Source: Azolla caroliniana (lineage: Eukaryota; Plantae; Polypodiophyta). From it: a stretch of DNA of 64,000 nucleotides. The notes below the pieces were generated by a model. The model did no database searches and had not been told where the DNA came from. It saw only the letters and a program-made list of their open reading frames with translations. The translations under genes and the position numbers were made by a program. How positions within the stretch are numbered: position 1 is the first letter of the stretch; the number at the start of each line of letters is the position of its first letter. Positions 24,891-37,455 of the stretch are shown piece by piece. The stretch lies in the NCBI GenBank assembly GCA_043228905.1, contig JBHGNT010000022.1, positions 9,300,001 to 9,364,000 of the forward strand, written 5' to 3'.

Positions 24891-27800
24891 ATGGATAGAG
24901 GCATGGCGAGCTCACTTCGAACAGAGAAACTCGACAGAACCAACTACGCGTCTTGGTCCTACAAGATGCACCAGTACCTGCTCGAGCAAGGCTACTGGAG
25001 TTATGTCGAAGGAGCTAATGACACGGCACCCGAATCGACACATAGAGACTTCCCGTCGTGGGAGCAATCGGCGAGCAGGGTATTATACTACTTCGGGTCG
25101 TGTGTGGGCGAACAACTATTGAGCTATGTTCGGGATGCAAAGACGCCGAAGGGTGTGTGGGAAAATCTGAAGAAGATTTTCACCGCGAGCACCACAACCA
25201 GGAAGCTTCAGCTCCGACAGGAGTTGAGCACCCTACGACAACGCGACTTATCGGTGGCGGACTATACCTCGAAGATCAAGGATATCTGCGACTCCCTCGC
25301 CTCCATAGAGGTGAACATCGAGGAGAGCGAGATGGTCCAGATCTGTCTCGGAGGTTTGACGTCAAAGTTCGGAGCGTTCCGAATGGTTGTGTGTACCCGG
25401 GAGAATGCTCCGTCCTTTTTCGACTTACAGTCAATGCTCCTAGTAGAGGAGAACCACGCGGGTGCGTCTACAAGCACGCACACTGACAACAGAATGCTAT
25501 ACATGGAGGCGACACTCCGCATTCGATCGCAAATGTCGGAGAAGTTCCCCTTAGCCATGTCGGGCAGAAAGGGAAAGTCATGAACGTGATGCACGTTCCG
25601 ACAATCACAAAGAACTTGGTCTCGGTTGGACAGATCGTCGACCAAGGGATGGAGGTTCAGTTTACACACCTCGGGTGCTTCATTGAGGAAGAAGGCCGTG
25701 TGATTGCGCAAGGGCGCAGAGATGGGAGGATGTTCATCCTCGATTCCACTGACGGCGGCACCACATTGTTCGCGAAGGGACAAAAATCCGAGTCGGACAT
25801 CGACTTGTGGCACAAGCGGATAGGCCACGTCAACTACCAGCGGCTTCAAGATCTGCAATCGAAACAGGCAGTGTTCGGATTGCCCAAATTTAGTGGCCGA
25901 AAGGCACAAATTTGTGAAGCCTGCCAGATCGGGAAGCAACACCAACTTCCTTTCCCCAACGAGCGAAACCGGAGCCGGAACAAGCTCGACCTTATACACT
26001 CCGATGTATGGGGGCCGGCACAAAACGTTAGTTTTGGCGGGAGCCGATATTTCATCTCCTTCATCGACGACCACACGCGGCACACGTGGATCTACCTCAT
26101 TGAGAGGAAGAGCGAAGTCTTCGACTGTTTCCGGGACCTCAAAGGGTTCGTGGAAACGAAAACGGGACGAAATATTAAATGCCTGCGGTCGGATGGCGGG
26201 AAAGAGTAATTTTCTGGTCAATTCAACGGTTATCTACAACAAATGGGAATTCGGTGCGAATTCAGTTGTAGATACACGCCGGAGTAGAACAGCGTGGCCG
26301 AGAGGAAGAATCGGTTAGTTGTGGAAGCAGCACGGGCAATGCTGGAGGAGAAGAGCTTGCCCAAGTTCTACTGGGCCGAGGTGGTAAGGACCGCGGTATA
26401 CATCCAAAACCGGATCGGAGACAAAGTGTCGGCGCACGAGCTATATTTCGGAACGAAGCCGAACTTGCGACACTTGAGGGTGTTCAGTAGCATTGCGTAT
26501 GTGCATGTACCGAAGGAGAAATGGAGGAAGCTGGATGCAAAGGCCGAGAAATGCATCTTGGTCGGTTACTCGGACGAGCAGAAGGGTTATAAGTGCTATA
26601 ACCCTCGCACCAAACAAGCGCGTGTTAGCCGCGACGTTGTGTTTGACGAGTCCGCATCCTAGTACCAGCCCTCGACTCCGAGCCCCGACTCCAATCTGAG
26701 TTCTTACGATGAGGTCAACGAGGCCGAGATGCCTCCGGATGAGCCCGAAACGGAGACCCACGAAGAGAGTCCAATTTCACTCCGTTTAAGTGGACCGATT
26801 GGACGACTGAGTTGGTACGATCAGTCCAATGAAGAGCCGACGAGTAGTGGAGACTCGGCCGTGCATTCCCCGCACAGGAAGCTGAGGAGACGGCTTACAT
26901 GCAAAGAGAAAGGGAAGAAGAAGGTGTCAGATTCCGGCACGGATAGGAACGAGTCAGACCGACGCGAGTCCGACTCCGAGGGAACCGGTGACGGGTCTTT
27001 AAAGGTGAATTCCGCGTCGACCGAGAAGGACTCCACATTGGCTAATGTGAGATTACTCCGATCTACCTGCCAGAAGAATTCTGTTTTGCAGTTCGGATAC
27101 AACGAGTACATGGCGCATCATTATGCATACATGACCCGTGTAGTGGAAGTGCGTGAGCCGGAGAGCTACGCAGAAGCGGGTAAAGACGCGAATTGGCGTG
27201 CCGCAATGGAGGAAGAGATGCACGCATTGGCGGAGAATGAGACTTGGGACCTGGTTGACACACCAAGAGGGGTAAAACCGATCGGGTGTAGGTGGGTGTA
27301 CAAGGTCAAGTACAACACCGATGGCTCGGTCAACCGGTACAAGGCTCGGCTAGTGGCAAAGGGCTACGCGCAGAAACACGGCATCGACTACGATGAGACG
27401 TATGCGCCGGTCGCGAAAATGACAATCGTCTGTGTTTTGCTCGCAGTAGCTGCGGTGAAGCGGTGACACTTACATCAGATGGATGTAAAGAATGCGTTCT
27501 TGCAAGGTGACCTTGAGGAACAAGTGTACATGGTACAACCCCCCGGATTTCACTCTAGAACGAACTCCTCGGCAGTATGCCGATTGAAGAAGTCCCTTTA
27601 CAGACTGAAGCAAGCCCCGTGTGCCTGGAACGCGAAGATCACGCAACAACTGCGTCGGATGGGCTTTGTCACATCAAAATCGGACTCTTCCCTGTTCATC
27701 CGGAAAGGTCGACTCCGACTGGTTAGTATTTTACTATATGTTGATGACTTGGTCATCACCGGCGCCGACCTAGGTGAAATCGACTGCGTGAAGCTCCAGC

Positions 27801-28978
27801 TTGCGGCATCGTTTGACATGAAGGATCTGGGGGACCTTCATTACTTCCTCGGGATCGAAGTGATCCGTACCCCCGAAGGCATATTGATCAGCCAACGTCA
27901 TTACGTGCTGAGTATGCTCTTCAAATTCGGGATGGCCGATTGTAAGTCTGTCTCGACTCCTCTGGACAGAATCGTCAAGCTTCGTCCCGATACGGGAAAG
28001 GTATGCGTCCCGACGAGGTTCCGACAAATTGTCGGAAGCCTCATATACTTGACCATCACCCGACCCGACCTCAATTATCCGGTCGGAGTGATCAGTCAGT
28101 TCATGGCGCGACCTACCGAGGAGCACCTCCAGTGTGCGCAACGCATACTTCAGTATGTCAACGACACTAAGGACTGGGGACTGCTATATCGGACCGGTGC
28201 AACCGCGCAGTTAGTCGGCTACACCGATGCTGATTGGGCTGGCAACGCCGCCGATCGCCGATCCACGTCCGGATACGCGTTCTCCCTCGGAAGTGCCGCG
28301 ATCGCATGGAGCAGTAAGAAGCAGCCGACAGTTGCACTATCGAGCACCGAAGCTGAGTACCGAGGAGCGGCTGTCGCGACATGCGAAGCTATATGGTTGA
28401 AGCGGCTACTTAGGGACCTGCAAGAGGAGGTGTCAGATCCGACGACGATCTACTGCGACAACCTTAGCAGCATCCAGCTCGCAAAAAACCCCGTTTTCCA
28501 CGCACGGACCAAGCACATTGAGGTGCACTACCATTTCGTCCGTGAGCGTGTCCTTTCCGGTGAAGTCGAACTTCAGTACGTTCCAACGGATCGGCAGACT
28601 GCCGACATCTTCACCAAACCTCTTGGTCTGGACAAGTTGCGGCAATTCTCAGGTGCGCTCGGATTGCGTCACCTCGACGTGCCAAACTTGAGGGGGAGAA
28701 CAGTCCCGAACGACCAAGCAAGGCACCAGGAAAGGAGTGGAGACCGGGACACCAAGTCGGTTGACTCGGTTGTCGAGTTCGACTTCAGATCAGCTGAAGA
28801 AGCCGAGGGCGGACCCGCGGAAAAGTCCGGAAGCGAACAGGAGGGGAGCAGCCGAAGGAGAGAGCCGAAGCCAGCCTCGCATGGGGAAGATGACGCCATC
28901 GAGGGCGAGAAGACTGAAGACAAGTTGGAGACAACCAACTCGGACGAGAGCGAAAACCGATCGGAGGTAGCCGAATAG
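24891..28978 (+). pseudogene. gag-pol: Copia gag-pol with charged C-terminal extension after RNase H
   Basis: KLDRTNYASWSYKM, LDLIHSDVWGP, RSDGGKE, MDVKNAFLQG, LYVDDL, RTKHIEVHYHF; in-frame stops. Confidence 0.93.
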
Positions 28979-29440
28979 GTTCGGATGTTTGATTCAGATA
29001 CGCTGAATCAACCGAGGCCCAAGCGGAAGAAAAGGCAGCAGGAGAAGCGTCAACACCGCAACAGTAGAAGAGTTGATAAGGGCCACATGAGTAGACAAGC
29101 AGACCGGAAGGGTCGAAGCGCGCGGAGTCGAACAGGTCGTGGAGCGCGAGCGAGGCGTGAAGCCAGGAGGAACCGGAGCTGTGAGCCCGAAGATCCCGAA
29201 GAGCCTCAAGTTGAGCTTGAGGGGGAGTGTTGAGAGACAAGCTCAACATCGGCCGGATCGGCTGAAGAAGTCGAGAACCGGATCGGTTGGGACTGATCGG
29301 TTAGGCTGAATGCGTAAACCGGTACGCAAACCGGTGCGTAGGTAGGGCCGTATCAGTGCGTAAACCGGGAGGCCGTTAGGAAAGATATTCCGTGAAGAAT
29401 ATATGTGGGAGTTAGTGTAGGTGTCATGACAACATACATT

Positions 29441-29512
29441 TTGGCCTTACAAGGATTCGAGCTCAAGACGTCTTGGTCTATATGTTAGACCTTTAACCAT
29501 TATACTAACATA
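29441..29512 (-). promoter_or_regulatory. tRNA-like A-box/B-box module in 5' LTR
   Basis: Minus strand: TAGTATAATGG...GGTCTA-acata-TAGACC hairpin...GAGCTCGAATCC; also in 3' LTR at ~34695-34766. Confidence 0.65.
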
Positions 29513-29566
29513 TATGATGTATAGTTATAATAAATGTATTATTAGTTATTACAAGACATTTAGAGT

Positions 29567-29655
29567 ATTCTAGAACATTCTAGAACATTCTAGGATATTC
29601 CATGATGATATTAAATATCATACATATCTAAAATATTCTAGAACTTTCTAGAATA
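29567..29655 (+). promoter_or_regulatory. Tandem heat-shock elements (nTTCnnGAAn arrays) upstream of TATA (29669)
   Basis: TTCtaGAAcaTTCtaGAAcaTTC and TTCtaGAActTTCtaGAA; matches the established HSF-binding consensus. Confidence 0.75.
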
Positions 29656-29932
29656 CTCCATAAGGACTTATAAATAGGTGTCTATTCATTCTTCACAACT
29701 CATTCGGTTCAAACTGTCGTGACTTGAGAATAGGAGAGAGAGAAATAAGATGACAGTAGAAGGTAGAGGGAGAGAGAGAGAGAACACTAGAGATGGAAAG
29801 AGATTTTATATTATAAGAGAGCAAGGATTACAAAGAGTAGGCTAAGGGGCATCTATCTCTTTTCTTTTCCTCCAACTTCTTCTTCTTATCTTAACCTTAT
29901 TCAACCAAATCTAGCAATTTTCTATCGCAACT

Positions 29933-31051
29933 ATGGAGTCCGTTAGCAAGCAAGAATATATGCGTGTTCTCTCCGAGCTCGAAATGCTAACAACCAAATT
30001 CGTGGCACTAGAGCATGAAAATCAAAGATTGTTGGGAGACCTACAACAAGTAAGTGCTGAAAAAGTACAACAATATGAAGAATTATCTCAACGGGTGCAT
30101 CAAATGGAGACTACTCTATTGCAACGACAAGCGGCGGAAGTTCAAACCTCGCCGAAGGAACCCAAGATTAGTCTGCCGGCCAAGTTTAATGGTACAAGGT
30201 CTCAGTTTCGTGGATTTTTAAATCAGGTACGGCTTGTGATTAAATTGCATCCTAGCCGTTACCCAACTGATGTTGCTCGTGTGGGTCTAGTTGGTACCTT
30301 GTTAACGGGTACCGCATTAGTGTGGTTTGCACCACTCCTAGAGAAGCACTCACCATTATTAGAAGATTTTGAAGGGTTTATTAATGAGTTCCAAGCCAAC
30401 TTTGGAGACACTGATAGTATGAGGACTGCAATAAACAAAATTCGGCGATTACGACAAGGAGATCGTCCTGCTTCCGCTTATGCTGCAGATTTTCGCCTTC
30501 TAGCATGTGATATTCCATGGGACGAGGCAACATTAATGGACCAATTTCGTCAAGGTCTGCGCAATGATGTGAAGGATTTACTTCTTACCTTCCATGATGA
30601 TCCAAAATCTCTTACTGAAGCAGTAAGCCGGGCCGTGCGATGTGACAATCGCTTATTTGAGCGGCATTCTGAGCGCCAACAAATGTTATGTTTTCGACCA
30701 ACAGAAACATATGCTTCGGTGGTTGCAACTCCACCCCAAGTATCAAAGTCAAGTGTGAGGGAAGGCCCTACTCCAATGGAAATCGAGACAACATGACGTC
30801 GAGGACCATTATCGGATGTTGAAAAGCAACGACGGCGAGCGAATCGTCTATGCCTCTATTGTGGTGGTCCAGGGCATATTGCTGTGAATTGTCCACATAA
30901 ACCACGACGACAAGTTATCCAAGTAAGTGCTCATGACAATCCCATCTCAATTTCTTCCCCACCTTCTCGTAACCCAATTAGGCCTGGTAGTCCCTGTCAT
31001 AAAAATACATTTGATATCTTGAGCCAATTAGATGATGTGTTAAACGAGTAA
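29933..31051 (+). pseudogene. gag: Tcn1-like gag (CGA>TGA stop at ~30794; CCHC knuckle CLYCGGPGHIAVNC)
   Basis: Retrotrans_gag-like LRQGDRPASAYAADF, PTPMEI motif; read-through to taa at 31051. Confidence 0.9.
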
Positions 31052-34000
31052 GTCCGGCCAAAATCGGAGCCATTTGGTTGGACAACCCTAGGCATGTAAC
31101 ATCCGTCCCTAGTTGTGGTTCCATTTCATCTGGTCAAGTTAGTCGAGTTTTCTCTGCACAAGTTGAGCTTAACACATCTAGGTGCCATCGAGTCCCAGCT
31201 TCTGCCCTCTTAGACTCTGGAGCCAACTCTTGTTTCATGGATCGTGAGTTTGCTGTAATGCATAATATTCAGTTGCATAAGCTCCCAAGCCCAGTGTCAG
31301 TCGGGGTCATTGATGGACGCCCCATAGCATCAGGTGATATAGTTGAAGAGTCTGAACCAATTCATGTAGTCCTAGGCAATTTGGCTAGTGTCATCTCATT
31401 CAACATCATTAGTAGTCCAGAGCACTCCCTAGTTCTTGGTCTTCCATGGTTTGAGCTACATAACCCAACTATTGATTGGAGAAAAAGAACCATCGAAGAA
31501 GTCACAATACATTCTGAGCCTCTTAAAACTCCAACAAAGGATATGACATTCCAAAAGATTTCGGCAATCTCTATACATCAATTACGTGAGGAAGGACGAA
31601 AGGAAGACATGTTGGTGTTCGCAGTTTTAGCAACTCCCACATCGAGCTCACAAGAATCGGGGGTCCAACTACCGAAGAAATATATAGAATTCTCCGATGT
31701 TTTTGATAAGGTGAAGGCCAATAGACTACCAGAGCATCGACCATATGATTGCCCGATTGATTTGCAGCCCGGAAAAGAGCCTCTATGGGGGCCAATTTAT
31801 AACCTTTCACCCACAGAGTTAGAGGTTCTTCGGGAATATATTGATGAGAACTTGGCGAATGGGTTTATCTAGCATTCAAGATCTCCTGCCGGCGCACCCA
31901 TATTTTTCGTTAAGAAGAAAGATGGTTCGCTTCATCTGGTCGTGGATTATCGAGGATTGAATAAAGTAACTATTCGAAACCGATATGCTCTACCATTGAT
32001 TTCGAGCCTTCTAGAACGCCTCAATGGAGCTAAGTATTTCACAAAGTTAGATCTTCGAGGTGCTTACAATCTTGTTTGAATTCGTCCTGGGGATGAATGG
32101 AAGACTGCTTTTCGTACTCGCTATGGCCATTTTGAGTATACAGTGATTCCATTTGGTCTCACGAATGCACCAACAGTTTTCCAACATATGGCGAATGACA
32201 TTTTTCGAGATTTCCTCGATATTTTCGTCATAATTTACCTAGATGATATCTTGATCTACTCAAAAATTCAAGAGGATCATGATATACACGTTCGACAAGC
32301 TTTGCAACGGTTGCGTGAATATGGTCTCTATGCAAAATTGCAGAAGTGCGGCTTTGACCAGCGTCAAGTGGAATTTTTGGGGTACATAGTCTCTTCACAT
32401 GGCATCTCTATGGATCTAGCAAAGGTTCAAACAGTTTTGGATTGGCAAACACCACAGTCTGTGCGAGATGTACAATGTTTTTTAGGGTTCGCAAACTTTT
32501 ATCGCAAGTTCATCAAAGATTATTCAAAGATCGTATTGCCCCTCACTCAACTGACACAGAAGAATCAACCATTTGTGTGGAGTATAAATGCAAACTCTGC
32601 ATTTGAAGGATTAAAGCAAGCATTTACATCCGCACCAATTTTGATGCATGTTGATCCATTGAAGCGCTTTATACTGGAAGTTGATGCATCTAACTTCGCA
32701 CTAGGAAGCGTATTATCCCAGATTAGCAATGATGGCCAACTGCACCCTGTGGCTTTTCATTCACGGAAATTCGAAGCTGCAGAAATCAACTATGAGATTC
32801 ACAACAAAGAGCTTCTTGCCATTGTGGATTCTTTTCAACAATGGCGTCATTTTTTGGAGGGTTCGTCTCAACAAATCATTGTCTATAATGATCACAAAAA
32901 TCTAACGTACTTCCAAAGTGCTCGAGTATTGAGTCGTCGACAAGCTCGTTGGGCACAATTTTTAACTCGTTTTGATTTCGTAATTCTATATCGCCCTGGG
33001 ACGCAACAAGGCAAAGCAGATGCTTTATCTCGGCGTTCATATATGGAACTTCAACCAGGAGAGGCCGCATTTGAAAGTTAGAAGCAAATCCTCTTGGGTC
33101 CGGACCGTCTACGACTAATGGCTTTTCATGCTATAGACACACCCGAGGATTCAAGTCTTCTAGACTCCATTCGGGAGCATATTGAGACTGATGAATTCGC
33201 CCAAGATATTCCGAGCCATATTATCCCAGATCGTGCTTCTTGTTCACAATCTCAAAATCCTCGTCAAGACTACAACCAGTTCAATTGGCATGATGGTTTA
33301 CTTTTTCGACAAAATCTCTTATATGTGCCTGATGGTCCTTCTCGACTCCAAGTCTTGCAACAATGTCATGATACACCAATGGCTGGACATTTTGGCATCC
33401 ACAAGACTTTGGCGTTAATTTCTCGAAGGTATTGGTGGCCACGACTTCGCCATTTTGTTACGGATTATGTTCGTAGTTGTGATACATGTTGCCGATCCAA
33501 AAAACCTCGACATCATCCATATGGCTTATTACAGCCAATGCCTATTCCTGAGAGTCCATGGAAATCTATTTCATTGGACTTCATTACGGATCTACCACCT
33601 TCCAGGGGTTTTGATTCTATTCTCACGGTAGTAGATCGTTTTACCAAGATGGCACATTTTCTTCCCTGCACAAAGGCCATTATGAGCCAAGAGACAGCCG
33701 AGTTACTCATGCGAGAGGTGTTTCGGCATCATGGTCTTCCTTATGATATTATCAGTGATCGGGGTCCCCAGTTCATCTCAAAATTTTGGCGGCACATGTT
33801 CAAACTCTTACATACTTCTTGCAAACTCTCTTCCGGCTACCATCCAGAAACTAACGAACACAGTGAGCGCACCAACCAAACAGTAGAACAATATCTTTGT
33901 TGTTTTGTCAACTATCAACAAGATGATTGGGTTGATCTATTACATTTGGCGGAATTTGCTTACAACAACTCAGAACATTCTTCTACTGGATATTCCCCAT

Positions 34001-34683
34001 TTTTTGCAAACATTGGGTACCATCCTCGTTGGACTATGCTTGAACATCCCGAACTCCCGACAAACCCGGCTGTTGAAGATCGGCTCACCCGACTCCAAGA
34101 AGTTCAAGATATCCTTTTGCACCATTTATGTGATGCTCAAAACACTCAAAAGAAGGTTGCCGACCGTCATCGACGTGATTCATCGACTACGTTTCAAGTG
34201 GGGGATCGAGTATGGCTTTTACAAGGTCGCATTAAAACAACCCGACCTTGCTGCAAATTGGATTATCAACGTTTTGGCCCATATGTGATATCTGGTAAGA
34301 TCAATGATGTGGCATTTCGCCTTGATCTTCCCCCTCATATGCATCTTCACCCGGTCTTCCATGTTTCACTTTTGGAGCCGTACACAACCAGCTCTATTCT
34401 AGGCCGTCTTACATCTCCCCCACCTCCAATCGAAATTTCGGATGGCTCCGAATATGAAGTTGCTGCCATTCTCGACTCCAAGATCGTTCGCAACAAACTG
34501 TATTATTTGGTTGACTGGTTAGGTTATACACCTAATGATCGAACAAGGGAACCTCTTGAGAATCTTGCTAATGCCTTCGAAATGGTTGCTGCATTTCACA
34601 ACAAATATCCTCATAAGCCAAGTCCGAAATCTTGTCTTCCGACTCGTGGAACTCGTCGTCGAAAAGGGGGGATAATGTCATGA
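31040..34683 (+). pseudogene. pol: Tcn1-like pol (PR, RT, RNase H, integrase, chromodomain) in -1 frame to gag
   Basis: ALLDSGA, YLDDILIYS, DASNFALG, SISLDFITDLP, FGPY, EYEVAAILDSKIVRNKLYYLVDWLGY; three in-frame stops. Confidence 0.95.
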
Positions 34684-34694
34684 CGACATACATT

Positions 34695-34766
34695 TTGGCG
34701 TTACAAGGATTCGAGCTCAAGACGTCTTTGTCTATATGTTAGACCTTTAACCATTATACTAACATA
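34695..34766 (-). promoter_or_regulatory. tRNA-like A-box/B-box module in 3' LTR
   Basis: Same as 29441-29512. Confidence 0.65.
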
Positions 34767-35480
34767 TATGATGCATAACTATAATAAATGTATTATTAGT
34801 TATTACAAGACATTTAGAGTATTCTAGAACATTCTAAAACATTCTAGAGTATTCTAGAACATTCTAGGATATTCCATGATTATATTAAATATCATAAATA
34901 TCTAAAATATTCTAGAACTTTCCAGAATACTCCATAAGGACCTATAAATAGGTGTCTATTCATTCATCACAACTCATTCGGTTCAACACCAGTTTGTAGC
35001 CCCTTAGCCTACTCTTTGTAATCCTTGCTCTCTTATAATATAAACTCTCTTTCCATCTCTAGTGTTCTCTCTCTCTCTCTCTCTCCCTCTACCTTCTACT
35101 GTCATCTTATTTCTCTCTCTCCTATTCTCAAGTCACGACAGTAGGAGCTCTTAATGAGCATTGAAGTATTGTCAGTACTTCGGTCAGTTCTTCTAGGACT
35201 TGTATAAAAGTGTTCATTGAACACACATATGGATAGTGTGTGGTGAATAGAGATTGAGTATTTTTTGTTGAATATAGTTCTTGTGTTTTCTCTGTCTCAC
35301 TCTCTCTGTCTCTCCCGCGTATACTGCATAAGCTCAAGCTCTCCATTAAACCTGAGTTTTCTTCCTTCTGTTCGGTCTTCATACTTGCTTCCACACGTTA
35401 CTTTTTACATAGATCTTAGGGATGGACATAGTTCGGAACAGAACTAAGAAAGTGTTGTGGTTGTTGCAAGAGAAATACAT

Positions 35481-37455
35481 TGTCATAGAAATCCGCGAGT
35501 ACGTGTCGGCGTGGGCAGGACGACGAGGGTCTTGGCCTAGGGAGTAGAGGGGAAAATGGGAGCTTATCCCTTACGGCCTTCGAGCTCGAAAGGGTAAGAG
35601 AAAGAATAAGAGATTAACACAGTAGAGAAATAGATGGAGACAAGGTTCACCAAACTAATTCTATTACGAAGCACAAAAGCCACAAAATGATTACAACCAC
35701 GACTGATTAGGCCGAACCCAAGCATAACTAGAAGAAACAAGAGAGATTGAAATGCTAAACCTTCCTAACTACTACCACGATGACCAAACGAAAACCCTAA
35801 AACGAAATAGGCAAAGATGAAGTAGAAAAACCCTAACGGTCTACCTCTAACGATAAAATGGCGAACCCTCAATGGTGACCCCTTACCCCTTTTTATAGTA
35901 GAAAGGGGAGAGGCTTATTACAAAAGGAGAGGCCAAATCTTCGGCTCCTTTCAAACGGGGAATATTTGCGTGATCTTAGGAGGAGAGATTGATGGGGCCT
36001 TAACTCTCTCTCCTCTCATTTTTCACACACAACCACACCCTCTACTTATTACAACCGTACTTCCATGCACTCCCCTTTATTCTACATGTGTATGTGCACC
36101 TAAGTGCACATTACCTTTATACTTCACAAACTTTGTAGTGCACTTTCAACACCTTACATTTTATCCTTCCTTTTACATTTGCTTTCTTATTCTTATTTTA
36201 CAAATTTCGTAAGTGCTTGTGCAATGTTGCACATCCCGTTTTATCCGTCCCGCTCGGGTTTTCTCACCATAGCCGAAAATCCTCACGACATCTAGCCCCA
36301 CCAAACCGCACATCCACCGGTATATGCCAAGAAAGGGGAAGAGGTGAGATTTTCGGCAATAGTGATTAACCGGGTTCCTTCGCATCCTCGTCTGACTTCA
36401 TCTTCCACTTCGAGCATGCCCATCCTTTCCACACGAACCATCGTAGCCTCTCGATCTACCATATCCACCGCATGTCCTCGAACCATCGGCTCCATCTGAT
36501 CCACCATATCCGGCACTCGCACCTTCCTCCCCGACCGGTTTTAGTAGACCTCCCGAACGATTTCGCCGATCCAATCGCTCCTCCTTCCTTCACCGCCTGC
36601 ATTCTCCGACTGGATTCTTGATCACTCTGATCGCATGTCGGATACCATCCCTCGTGTACCTCGTATGTTCCTCCTTCGACCCGACCGTCTCCTCGTCCCA
36701 AGCACGTTGATGCACCGTCTCCCTTCGTTCCGTGCTTGCATTCCGAAGGCTCCACCCGTACGTCGACGTCGACCTTGAAATACGTGCTCATTCCTAGGTT
36801 CTTAAGCGACCACATTACATGCTCCTTGTTTCGCCCTTGCCTGTGGTGTTCTCTCACGGTAGAGTGCACCACCATCTCGATATCCGTGTCGGTACTCTCC
36901 GCTTCCGCGTCCTTCGTCACCTCCGTCATCGTTGTCTTGTTGCCCCTCTGAACCCCTCTGAACCCACTTGGCCCTCATAGCTCATCGTGGTTCTCCGGTC
37001 ACCTCCTTCGGCACTCTCGTCCTCTTTGATGTCACGGACACACATGACGGCCTCCGACTCCTCGCCACCGCCCTCCGTCTCTTCGGTCTTACATTGATTC
37101 GAAATCGCCGAAGTCCCAAGAGTAGGTGTGGAGGGTTCCTCTCATTCTCGGTCCTCCACCGAGTCATACTCGTCATGCCCGCTTGGCTTCCTCCTTGTGC
37201 GCATCGGCTTCAACCGGGTTTTGTGGCTCGTTTGCCACGATCGTCGATTAGGCCGGCTTAGCCCTTGTCCGAATCGGTCTCGGCCGATCGATTCTCGGCT
37301 CAATCGGCCTTTATCTACATTCTTGTTCGGCTGAACAATTTCAACTGAGTTGGCTCCCTTTCAGTTCTTCTTCCGTTCGCGTTGGAATACCGGTCGAATT
37401 GTCTTCCATTCAAGTCGGATTACCGGCCGAATCGACTTCTGGTCGGAACGGTCCC
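35481..37455 (-). mobile_element. 3' end of a gypsy-lineage element: 3' LTR 35481-36290, PPT-like 36291-36310, non-pol internal sequence
   Basis: LTR ends tgtcatagaaa / cctcacgaca; 36260-36365 is homologous to the LTR/PPT junction of the gypsy at 42060-42160. Confidence 0.75.

Larger units (their letters stand above)
29422..35140 (+). mobile_element. Near-complete chromoviral Ty3/gypsy (Tcn1-like), 3' LTR 34676-35140, rearranged 5' LTR 29422-29850
   Basis: Perfect TSD GTAGG/GTAGG; LTR TGTCATGAC...GTCACGACA; PPT gaaaaggggggataa; domain order gag-PR-RT-RH-IN-chromodomain. Confidence 0.96.
24361..35409 (+). mobile_element. Ty1/copia element (possibly Bryco-like), 5' LTR 24361-24818; 3' LTR 29228-35409 split by gypsy insertion
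   Basis: Perfect TSD TAGAT/TAGAT; PBS TGGTATCAAAGC at 24819; PPT gagggggag at ~29219; internal deletion at ~25510 removes the zinc knuckle and protease active site. Confidence 0.96.
15214..35480 (+). mobile_element. Old Tork-like Ty1/copia host element (5' LTR 15214-15901; coding 15940-17430, 22697-24360, 35410-35480), split by nested insertions and 3'-truncated
   Basis: LTR tgctgggaatatgtccctc...cccaata with degenerate PBS actactattagagc; gag, protease, integrase and RT motifs resume across both insertions; many stops and frameshifts. Confidence 0.85.

Noticed and set aside
25262-26221. 319-aa antisense ORF and similar shadow ORFs over GC-rich pol genes
   Set aside because: Opposite-strand consequence of codon bias in integrase/RT; no independent motifs.
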